Assembly (NCBI GenBank): GCA_905479655.1
Contig: CAJQNK010000123.1
Span: 26,553 to 90,552, forward strand
DNA length: 64,000 nucleotides
Source of the DNA: an uncultured bacterium
GTDB taxonomy: Bacteria; Acidobacteriota; Thermoanaerobaculia; Multivoradales; JAHEKO01
Direction: 5' to 3'
Position numbers and translations under genes: made by a program. Shown here in pieces: positions 57,501 through 64,000 of the stretch. The notes below the pieces were generated by a model that was not told the DNA's origin, searched no databases, and was given only the letters and a program-made list of their open reading frames with translations. Positions within the stretch are counted from its first letter, which is position 1; the number at the start of each line of letters is the position of its first letter.

Positions 57501-57793
57501 CGTCGGGCGGTCGCGCCTACAACGCGAGTGGCGCCAACGGCACCTGCGGCACGGACGGTCAGGGGGGTTGGGCCGGCACGATGGACAGCTGGTCTCCCAG
57601 CGCCTGGACGTCGACGGCGCTGAAGTCGGCCGAGTTCTCCGGCAAGCGCATCCAGCTCGATGTTCGTTACGGCACCGATCCTCTGGAGCACGGCTTCGGC
57701 TTCCGCTTCGACGAGGTCACGCTGACGGACCTGGCGCTCGTGGTGCCCGACACTCAGAAGAACTCGTCGACGCTGGGGGTCTGCGTCCCCTAG
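54518..57793 (+). CDS. Large secreted Cys-rich zinc-metalloprotease-like protein (HExxH) with Fn3-like and beta-sandwich domains, 1091 aa
   Basis: Signal peptide; VFDHEWGHGMDDND zinc-binding motif; multiple Cys pairs (CGGYGDPCIAC, NCGGGPAPCGG); Fn3-like SWDPVADATEYQVFR; the antisense 1161-aa ORF is rejected. Confidence 0.75.
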   Translation: MRASRRGSAWSVCLLVAVVFSAVPAPAAIQPERSPEIAALELYSSELNVRNVYQEVGQLPGSLASAAQGDLLALGLTPERARIDRRTGRWGTLLLSRPLIPGSGVGNDLRWDEAPRNDAALQARVWTAFAAFLDAHRGELRVDRSEMPNPGRVTVHEDGNVIQIYAPRVIDGIPVRDSYINAVVNHGNLVLVGVNNWGDVRSSVQPSVSPEAARRVVDEHVGDVRVRGLWRGTSLIILPLARGADSARVEPGRGLDHRLAWVVRPLLAGDQGRWEALVDAETGRLLAFQDTQHYASARLVQGGAYPVSNDGAPPDGVEVLGTPMPFDSVVTEVGTLVTDSGGNLPLAVDGNITSSLDGQYVRMADVCGAISLTSGGDLDFGGSGGDDCTTPGFGGAGNTHSSRSGFYELNRIKEQARGWLPANGWLMGTLTANMNINSSCNAFWSGSTVNFYRSGGGCGNTGELAGVFDHEWGHGMDDNDAVPSISNPGEGIADVYAGLRLDTSCIGRGFFSSNCGGYGDPCIACTGIRDIDWAKRVSGVPHDIAWIDANCGGGPAPCGGIVHCEGAVYSEAVWDTYTRTLPNQSGLDPNTALEATTRLTFLGAGGVGSWYQCSAPFGGCNGSGGYLNYLAADDDDGDLNNGTPHMTALFNAFDLHDIACNTPVVQDSGCVGTPTSAPIVTSSPADKSVALSWDPVADATEYQVFRGEGVFQCDFGKVKIGETTGTSFMDTGLQNGREYSYVVIPMGSADTCWGPASSCTVETPVSGPNLSVDPGSLVLTFNTGDGDDFIDNCESATGTFTVTNTGLGGLTNVNLESMVSTSHPLVSIDAVGMITPDILAEGESATGTFDFTAKGLAHLDTLFFEATVTATEIAGDRTGSVSTGSAESDAEFVAAITYDFEADTNGWEVISGTFDRTDASGGGANGTAFYEQSSSFLEDQCDHIRSPVVSLSPTSTLSLSTRFDIEAEFTPGVWYDRANVGLYDLGTGSRTLVTPSGGRAYNASGANGTCGTDGQGGWAGTMDSWSPSAWTSTALKSAEFSGKRIQLDVRYGTDPLEHGFGFRFDEVTLTDLALVVPDTQKNSSTLGVCVP

Positions 57794-57927
57794 CTCCACG
57801 GAGTCGTCGATCCGGCGGGTAGCGTTCGCACCCGTCGGAGATCGAGGCGTCGGGCCGTTCACGGCCCGGCGCCTCTTCCTTTTCGCGCGTTCGGGTACCG
57901 CGGGGGCCGTGCTACGCTGCCGCCGCT

Positions 57928-60063
57928 TTGGGTCGCCAGCGACGCCCCCCGATCGGAGGTCACGACCCCGCCGCGTCCGGCTCGGCGGCCGGGTGCCGAC
58001 TCCGATGCGCCGTGGCCGGGGTCGTCCTCGTGGCGTGCGCCGGCGGGCAGCCGGTGCGGGCGTCCGGAGACGTGGACCCGCCGCCGCCCAGTGTCCTGCT
58101 GATCACCATCGACACCCTGCGGCCCGACGCCCTCGGCTGGGTCGGTGGCGGCGACTGGACGCCGCAGCTCGACGCGCTGGCGCGGGAGGGGGTTCGATTC
58201 CCGGCGGCGGTCGCGCCCGCCCCCCTGACCCTGCCGTCCCACGCCTCGCTCTTCTCGGCGCTGGTGCCCCGGCGTCACGGTGTACACGACAACGGCCGGA
58301 TGCTCGGTGCAGGGGTGCCGCTCCTGGCCGAGAGGCTCAGCGCCGCGGGTTGGGACACCGCGGCCTTCGTCAGCGGCTACCCGTTGAGCGGGTCGTTCGG
58401 TCTGCGGCGCGGCTTCGGCCACTACGACGACCGTCTCACCGCCGGCGACGGGGCCTGGCTCGAACGCCCCGCCCGCGAGACGAACGGCGCCGCCCGGGCC
58501 TGGATCTCCGAGGCCACGGAGCCCTGGTTCGCGTGGGTCCACTACTACGATCCCCACTTTCCGTACGAGCCGCCCGACGAGCTCCGCCGGCCGGGTCGCC
58601 GGGGGGCCTACGACGGCGAGGTGGCGGCCGTCGATCGGGCGCTGGGCGAGCTCCTGACCACGGCTCGCTCGGCCGCCACGAGGACCGGTCTGCTCACCGT
58701 CGCCACCGCCGACCACGGCGAGAGCCTCGGCGAGCACGGTGAGGGGACCCATGGCTTCTTCGTCTACGACAGTACCGTGTTGGTGCCGATGGTCTGGCAC
58801 CTTCCCGGCCGGCTGACAGCCGCCGAGCGCGCCGAGCCCGCGCGTCTGGTCGATGTCGCGCCCACCGTGCTCGAGCTCCTCGGCCTGCCGCCTCTCGAGG
58901 GGGTCGACGGCGTCAGCCTGGTGCCGCTCCTCGAGGGGCGGCCGCAACCGCTGCCGCCGGCGTACGTGGAGACCTTCCAACCCTGGATCTCCTACGGCTG
59001 GGCGCCCCTGACGGCGGTGCGCCACGACGGCTTCAAGCTGATCGCGGCGCCGCGGCCGGAGCTCTACGACCTGCGGGCCGACCCGGAGGAGACCCGCAAC
59101 GTGGTCGCGACCGAGCGCCGCCGCGCCCGGGAGCTGCGGCGTCTCCACGCGGAGGCCGAGGCGTCGCCGCCCGCGGCCTCCGCGGAGACCGTCGGCGACC
59201 CGGAGGTGGCTCGCCGGCTCGCCGCCCTGGGCTACGTGGGATCGGCCGGAGCGCCCGCGGCGCCGCCGCCCGGGCTCGCCGATCCCAAGGACCGCCTGGC
59301 CCTGCGGGAGACCCTGACCGAGGCCGACCGGAGGGTGCGCGGCGGCGACCTGCAGGGCGCGCTGGAGCGGTTCGACCGCGTGCTGGCGGAGGAGCCTCGG
59401 AACCGCTTCGCGCTCTCCCGCTCCGGCGAGGCTCTCCTGACGGCGGGGGCCTTGGCCCCGGCCATCGAGCGCCTGCGGCTCGCCTCCCGACTGGATCCCG
59501 ACCAACCCGAGGTCCGCCGGCTCCTGGGCACCGCGCTGACGCGTGCCGGGCTCCTCGACGAGGCGCTGGACCAGTGGCTGGAGCTCGTCCGGCTCCAGCC
59601 GTGGAATCCCGTGGCCTGGTCGAACCTGGGAGCGACCCTGGGTCGCTCCGGCAGGTCGGCGGACGCGGTGGCGGCGATGGAGAAGGCCGCCACCCTGGCC
59701 CCCGGCGACCCCGACCGTCTGATCCGACTGGCCTTCGCCGAGGTCGACGCGAGGCGGATCTCGGACGCCGTGCGGCATCTGGCCGAGGCCGCGGAGGTCT
59801 CGGGTGAGGCGTTCGAGCACGCCGGCACGCTGGGCCTCTTGCTCGAGCAGACCGAGCGCGCCGCCGAGGCGACGCAGTGGCTCGAGAGGAGCCGGCCGGG
59901 GCAGCCCGACTTTGCGCAGGCGCGCCTGACCCTGGCCCGGAGGAGAGCGTCGGCCGGCGACCCGACGGGCGCTCGAGTCGCCCTGGCCGAGGCCCTGGCC
60001 GTCGATCCCGGCCTCGCGGCCGTCGCATCGGCCGACGAGCTGCTGGCGTCGCTCATGCCCTGA
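57928..60063 (+). CDS. Secreted/lipoprotein sulfatase-fold protein (Thr at FGly position) fused to C-terminal TPR array; paralog of 52085..54217; start uncertain (possibly GTG near 58009 giving lipobox LVAC)
   Basis: LLITIDTLRPDALG, PAPLTLPSHASLFSA (T-L-P-S-H), TADHGESLGEHGE, TPR region. Confidence 0.7.
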   Translation: MGRQRRPPIGGHDPAASGSAAGCRLRCAVAGVVLVACAGGQPVRASGDVDPPPPSVLLITIDTLRPDALGWVGGGDWTPQLDALAREGVRFPAAVAPAPLTLPSHASLFSALVPRRHGVHDNGRMLGAGVPLLAERLSAAGWDTAAFVSGYPLSGSFGLRRGFGHYDDRLTAGDGAWLERPARETNGAARAWISEATEPWFAWVHYYDPHFPYEPPDELRRPGRRGAYDGEVAAVDRALGELLTTARSAATRTGLLTVATADHGESLGEHGEGTHGFFVYDSTVLVPMVWHLPGRLTAAERAEPARLVDVAPTVLELLGLPPLEGVDGVSLVPLLEGRPQPLPPAYVETFQPWISYGWAPLTAVRHDGFKLIAAPRPELYDLRADPEETRNVVATERRRARELRRLHAEAEASPPAASAETVGDPEVARRLAALGYVGSAGAPAAPPPGLADPKDRLALRETLTEADRRVRGGDLQGALERFDRVLAEEPRNRFALSRSGEALLTAGALAPAIERLRLASRLDPDQPEVRRLLGTALTRAGLLDEALDQWLELVRLQPWNPVAWSNLGATLGRSGRSADAVAAMEKAATLAPGDPDRLIRLAFAEVDARRISDAVRHLAEAAEVSGEAFEHAGTLGLLLEQTERAAEATQWLERSRPGQPDFAQARLTLARRRASAGDPTGARVALAEALAVDPGLAAVASADELLASLMP

Positions 60064-60336
60064 GGCCGGCTCGGGGTCGGGAGCGGACGCTCGGTGCGCT
60101 TCGGAGAGGCTCTGCGGAGTGGCTCGGAACCGAGATATCGACATTCCTGCATGAACGCGGTATCGTTCAACGGCTCCGCCTGTCGGAGCTGGGCCGCGGC
60201 GCTTCCCCGGGCGTCGTGGCCCTTCTTGTCTGCCGGTCCTCGGGTGGGCCGTCGAGCTCCGGCCCGGTTCGGTAGACTCGGACCTCGACGAGGCCGGCCC
60301 CCCGCCCGCCTCGACCATCGCTGGAGGAGGAGATCC

Positions 60337-60900
60337 ATGTCCGGAGCGAGCGCCCCCGGGGCGAGCATGACCTGGCTGCTTTTCGTGGCCATGACGGTGG
60401 CCTTCTGGGGTCTGTACGGCATCTTCCTGCACTCCGGTCAGATGGCGATGGGGGACCCGGTTCACGGGCGCTACAAGGCCTTCCTGTTCGTCGGTATCGC
60501 CTACTTCCTCGCGGCGGTGCTCGCCCCCATGGCGGTGTTGGCGTCCACCGGCGCCGAGTGGAGCTTTGCGCCGAGCGGCATGCTGCTGTCGCTGATCGCC
60601 GGTCTGGTGGGTGCCGCGGGGGCCTTCGGCGTGCTCCTCGCTTTCGGCGCCGGAGGCTCCCCGGCGGTCGTGATGTCGATCGTCTTCGCCGGCGCTCCCA
60701 TCGTGAACGCCGGGGTCGCCCTGATGCTCCATCCGCCGGCCGGCGGCTTCGGCGCCCTGCGCTGGCAGTTCGTGCTGGGGATCGTTCTCGCCGCCGTGGG
60801 CGGCAGCCTGGTGTCCCTCTACAAGCCGCCTCCGGCGCCGGCCAAGAGCCCGCCGGCCGTGGTCGGCGGCTCGGCCGGGTCCGGCGTCACGACGGACTGA
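60337..60900 (+). CDS. Hypothetical small membrane protein (4 TM, 187 aa)
   Basis: GGAGGAGGAG then ATG; hydrophobic helices; Pro/Ala-rich tail. Confidence 0.55.
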   Translation: MSGASAPGASMTWLLFVAMTVAFWGLYGIFLHSGQMAMGDPVHGRYKAFLFVGIAYFLAAVLAPMAVLASTGAEWSFAPSGMLLSLIAGLVGAAGAFGVLLAFGAGGSPAVVMSIVFAGAPIVNAGVALMLHPPAGGFGALRWQFVLGIVLAAVGGSLVSLYKPPPAPAKSPPAVVGGSAGSGVTTD

Positions 60901-60940
60901 ACGGAGGCAGCCGCTCTGGCGGCCGAAGGAGAAAGGACGA

Positions 60941-61855
60941 ATGGAGAAGCTACGACTCGGTCTGGAGTGGTTCCTCAATCCCGACCACATCCCCCTGCTC
61001 GCGGGGCTGGAGGAGGGTTGGTTCGCCGCCGAGGGGCTCGATCTCGAGATGATCGAGCCGGAGGAGCACTTCGACGCCCTGGACGAGATCGAGGCCGGCC
61101 GGATGGACGTCGCCGTGACCGAGCCGCTGCACCTGGTCGCGGACCGCGCCGAGGGGCAGCCCGTCGTGGGGTTCGCCCGCTTCCTCCACACCAACGGCGG
61201 CGTCATGTTCCTCGAGGGGCGAGGCATCGAACGGCCGCGCGACATGGCGGGGAAACGGCTGCAGTACCCCGGAGCCCCGGGACCCGGAGGTCCCGCGATC
61301 GTCCGGACCATGATCGAGGCCGACGGCGGGCCGCCGGGGGCGGAGCTCGAGCCGGTCAACAACGGCTTCTACCACACCGACGCCCTGGCCGAGGGCAAGG
61401 CGGATCTGGCGACCCTGGTCTTCTACAACTTCGAACTGGTCGAGGCGGCCGGGCGCGGTCTCGACGCGGGGTTCTTCGCCCTCAAGGACTGGGGGGTGCC
61501 CGATTTCTGCCAGCTCGTGCTCATCACCACCGAGTCGGTGCTGCGGGAGCGCCGCGGTGCTCTCGAGGCGCTCCTGCGGGTCCTCTCACGGGGCATCGAC
61601 CTCGTGCACCAGCGTCCCGGGCGGGCTCGGGAGATCTACCGAGCCCGCGGTCCGGAGGGCTCGGGCGAGCCGTTGGCGCGGGCGATCTGCGACGCGACCC
61701 TGCCCTGCTTCACCTACGACCTCGCCATGAGTCGAGACTACTATCGCCGTCTCGGGCAGTGGCTGGCGGAGACCGGCCAGATCTCCGGCGTTCCCGCTCC
61801 GGAGACGTTGTGGACCAACGAGCTGGTGGGGCTCGGCCGAGGAGGTCGCGGATGA
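60941..61855 (+). CDS. NMT1/THI5-like (periplasmic-binding-protein type II fold) protein without signal peptide
   Basis: LEWFLNPDHIPLLAGLEEGWFAAEGLDLEMIEP... matches THI5/SsuA-like N-terminus. Confidence 0.6.
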   Translation: MEKLRLGLEWFLNPDHIPLLAGLEEGWFAAEGLDLEMIEPEEHFDALDEIEAGRMDVAVTEPLHLVADRAEGQPVVGFARFLHTNGGVMFLEGRGIERPRDMAGKRLQYPGAPGPGGPAIVRTMIEADGGPPGAELEPVNNGFYHTDALAEGKADLATLVFYNFELVEAAGRGLDAGFFALKDWGVPDFCQLVLITTESVLRERRGALEALLRVLSRGIDLVHQRPGRAREIYRARGPEGSGEPLARAICDATLPCFTYDLAMSRDYYRRLGQWLAETGQISGVPAPETLWTNELVGLGRGGRG

Positions 61856-62241
61856 GGATGGAGGTCGTGTTTCCCGGAGGAGCCGCCGTGGAGGCCCGGT
61901 TCAAGGGTCATACCGTCCTGACGGACCAGCCGCCGAAGGGCGGAGGCGAGGACAGAGGCCCGGCGCCGTTCGACCTCTTCCTGGCTTCGGTGGCCACCTG
62001 CGCGGGCTACTACGCCCTGCGTTTCTGCCAGTCGCGGGAGCTGCCGACCGAGGGACTGGGCCTCACCCTCGAGCCGCTCCGGGACGACTCCCCGGGACGG
62101 GTGGCGACGATCCGGATGGAGCTCCGGCTCCCGCCTGGCTTCCCGGAGAAGTACCGTGCCGCCGTGATCCGGGCGATGGACCAGTGTGCCGTGAAGCGCC
62201 ACGTCCTGGAGCCGCCGAAGTTCGAGATCGTGACCGTCTGA
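61852..62241 (+). CDS. OsmC/Ohr-family peroxiredoxin-like protein
   Basis: ATGA overlap with the upstream stop; LASVATCAGYYALRF (Cys in OsmC context), ~129 aa. Confidence 0.75.
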   Translation: MRMEVVFPGGAAVEARFKGHTVLTDQPPKGGGEDRGPAPFDLFLASVATCAGYYALRFCQSRELPTEGLGLTLEPLRDDSPGRVATIRMELRLPPGFPEKYRAAVIRAMDQCAVKRHVLEPPKFEIVTV

Positions 62242-62264
62242 GGTCGGGGGAACCGGGCGTGGCC

Positions 62265-62699
62265 ATGCATCCTCGGGAGCCAGGGGGCGGCCTCGCGACC
62301 CGCGGTGTGAGCTCGGCCGCCGCCCTCGAACGCTGGGCGGTGCGGTTGGTGGCCATCCACAGCGCGCTGGTCGGCGTCGCCCTTCTCCTGGCGCCGGAGG
62401 GGCTCTTCGCCATCTTCGGCTGGTCGACGCTCGAGCCGTTGTTCTTCGTCCGCCAGGGCGGCGTCTTCCACTGCGTCCTGGCCTGGGCCTACCTGCTGGA
62501 GTACCGCCGATCGGGGGGCGTCGCGCTCCTCGTGACGGCCAAGACGACGGCGTTCGTGTTCCTGACGTCGATCTGGCTTCTGGGCGAAGGGGCGTGGGTC
62601 GTGCCCCTGTCGGGTGTGACCGACGGCCTCATGGGGCTGGCCGTGGCCTGGCTCCACCGCTGGGCGGCCGCGTCGGGGCCCGCCGATCCACCGCGCTAG
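62265..62699 (+). CDS. Hypothetical membrane protein
   Basis: Three or four hydrophobic helices; alternative GTG start at 62259. Confidence 0.45.
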   Translation: MHPREPGGGLATRGVSSAAALERWAVRLVAIHSALVGVALLLAPEGLFAIFGWSTLEPLFFVRQGGVFHCVLAWAYLLEYRRSGGVALLVTAKTTAFVFLTSIWLLGEGAWVVPLSGVTDGLMGLAVAWLHRWAAASGPADPPR

Positions 62700-62786
62700 G
62701 AGGGCGCGGGCAGCTAGTGCTAGCGACGCCTGCGCGCGTTCCAGGCGGGTTCGGGAAGTTGCGGTATCGTCTGGGACGAGATTCCT

Positions 62787-64000
62787 CCGGTACACCATGC
62801 CTCTTCGCTCTAGCCTTGCCCTTCTCGTCCTGGTCCTTCTGGTGCCGAACCCCGTGCGAGCCACCGCCTGGCACGTGGACTTCGCGACCGGCGTGGACTC
62901 GGGCGCTTGCGGATCCCGGGAGTCGCCCTGCTTTTCGATCCAGAAGGCCGTGGATCTCTCGTCTGCCGGAGACAGCATCCTCGTCGCCGAGGGCACCTAT
63001 CTGCGCCAGGCGGCTCTCGACCCCTGCGGCGACGAGCCCGCCGTGGTCTGCGTCGTCGCCACCGAGCTGACGATTCTCGGGGGCTTCACCAGCGCAAACT
63101 GGCTGCTGCCGGATCCGGCCGGCCATCCGACGATCATCGACGGGGAGACCCTGGCCCGGGGTGTCTCGGTGGAGAAGGCCGGTCTGTCCGGACCTCCCAC
63201 GAGTCTTCGCCTCGAGGGCTTCACGATCCGCAACGGCCGCGCGGAGGCGCCCGACTTCGGCCCGTCTCCCGACGGTCTCGGCGGCGGGCTCAAGGCCTCG
63301 CTGGCCGACGTCGTCCTGCGCGACGTGGCCTTCGTCGACAACGTCGCGCAGGCCGGCGATACGGACAGCGGGGCCGGCGGGCTGGCGGCGGGCGGCGGTG
63401 CCTTCATCAGCAGCGACCCGTCGCTGCCGCTCGTCGTGACCCTCGAGCGACTCGCCTTCTCAGGCAATCAGGCGCTCGGGGGCAACGGGCCGGAGAGGGG
63501 AGGCACGGCCTCCGGTGGCGGGCTGTTCGTGAAGCTGGCGACCGTGCGGGGGGAGCGGATCGAGGCGACCGGCAACCTCGCGCAGGCAGGCTCCTCGACG
63601 GGCCACGGCCTCGCCTCGGGTCTGTCGGCGGACGCGCTGGGTGGCGGCCTCTGCTTCGCGGCGGACACGGACGTGGACCTCGGCTTCGTTCTTGCCTCCG
63701 ACAACGCGGTGGTGGGGGGGGACGCTGGCGCCGGGGACTCGGACCAGGCGGGTGGCGCGTTCGGTGGTGGCGTCTTCAGCGAGAAGGCCACGCTCGCACT
63801 GGCCGACGCGGAGCTCCGGAGCAACACGGTCACCGGAGGAGACGCCTTCTGGGGCGGCCTCGGGAACGGTGGTGGCCTGATGACCAGCGGCTCCTCCGTC
63901 GTCCTCGAGCGGGTGTTGCTTCTCGACAATCGCGGGCAGGGCGGGACCAGCAGCGACCCTGCCGGCAAGAAGGGCTCGTCCAGCGGTGGCGGCGCGTTCT
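62787..64000 (+). CDS. Secreted right-handed parallel beta-helix protein (DUF1565/pectin-lyase-fold N-terminus), partial; continues beyond the window
   Basis: Signal peptide MPLRSSLALLVLVLLVPNPVRA; AWHVDFATGVDSGACGSRESPCFSIQKAV DUF1565-like start; Gly-rich beta-helix repeats; no stop before 64000. Confidence 0.65.

Noticed and set aside
54377-57862. 1161-aa ORF on the minus strand
   Set aside because: It is exactly antisense to the 1091-aa metalloprotease gene. Its translation is Arg/Gly/Ala-rich low complexity with no domain signal, the typical spurious long antisense ORF of a 70%-GC genome.
57859-61362. 1167-aa ORF on the minus strand
   Set aside because: Antisense to the sulfatase-TPR gene and two downstream plus-strand genes. 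It spans intergenic regions and has a low-complexity R/G/P composition.
1-64000. CRISPR arrays, IS elements, integrases, rRNA or tRNA genes
   Set aside because: No regularly spaced direct repeats, no transposase or integrase-like ORFs, and no rRNA- or tRNA-like sequences were found. The window appears to be core chromosome.

Overview
This 64-kb window is about 70% GC and looks like a bacterial chromosomal segment, probably from a Gram-negative lineage such as Myxococcota, Gemmatimonadota or Acidobacteriota, although the phylum cannot be fixed from sequence alone. Coding density is about 90%. There are roughly 50 protein genes and no rRNA, tRNA, CRISPR array or obvious mobile element. Many adjacent genes overlap by 4 nt at their stop and start codons (ATGA or GTGA), which suggests translationally coupled operons. 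At least 12 proteins appear to be secreted or envelope-associated hydrolases or envelope proteins.

The annotated genes, in order, are:
- **1-7.6 kb:** UbiB kinase (truncated at the window start), FabH, a cNMP-binding GGDEF cyclase, a nucleotide-sugar dehydrogenase and a pectate-lyase-like protein.
- **7.6-8.0 kb:** a low-GC intergenic island.
- **8.0-12.8 kb:** a three-gene envelope operon (PEGA membrane protein, TPR/NHL beta-propeller, PEGA+PDZ protein).
- **12.9-17.8 kb:** a GT4 glycosyltransferase and an epimerase, a small secreted protein, a SurA-N/DsbA-like protein and a GDSL hydrolase.
- **18.0-21.2 kb:** an OmpR response regulator, a hybrid histidine kinase and an AhpD-like protein.
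- **21.2-26.3 kb:** a DJ-1/PfpI protein, a pentaheme cytochrome c and an IPT/FG-GAP protein.
- **26.5-31.5 kb:** a bacilliredoxin-like protein, a small hypothetical and a DUF423 protein, then P5C dehydrogenase, a hotdog thioesterase and a TPP enzyme.
- **31.5-36.3 kb:** an S9 peptidase, a PilZ protein, a zinc-ribbon protein and a Na+:alanine symporter.
- **36.4-48.2 kb (minus strand):** a sulfatase-like lipoprotein, an EEP membrane protein, ABC exporter components Wzt and Wzm, Pcm, an amidohydrolase and a fused 2-oxoacid:ferredoxin oxidoreductase.
- **48.3-64.0 kb:** a cytidylate-kinase-like protein, an M50 protease, four sulfatase-fold paralogs, a 1091-aa metalloprotease, a THI5-like protein, OsmC and a beta-helix protein.

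The most notable observations are:
- **Selenoprotein candidate.** The AhpD-like gene has an in-frame TGA at exactly the second Cys of the catalytic C-x-x-C-x3-H motif, followed by a SECIS-like hairpin, so it is probably a selenocysteine protein.
- **Low-GC promoter-terminator unit.** The island at 7.7-8.0 kb carries a near-consensus sigma-70 promoter with an operator palindrome, a 47-codon ORF and a UUCG-tetraloop intrinsic terminator; it is a candidate sRNA or small-protein unit.
- **Thr-substituted sulfatase-fold paralogs.** In all four sulfatase-fold paralogs the formylglycine Cys is replaced by Thr (T-[LW]-P-S-x instead of C-x-P-x-R), so a Thr-nucleophile phosphoester chemistry (LtaS/EptA-like) is predicted rather than sulfatase activity.
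- **PEGA/NHL/PDZ envelope operon.** Three secreted or membrane proteins are linked by ATGA start/stop overlaps, with no adjacent enzyme gene.
- **OFOR fusion.** The 2-oxoacid:ferredoxin oxidoreductase is encoded as two fused genes (ferredoxin-alpha and beta-gamma), an unusual subunit arrangement.
- **Operator over the bacilliredoxin-like promoter.** A perfect 7-bp inverted repeat overlaps an extended -10 element upstream of that operon.
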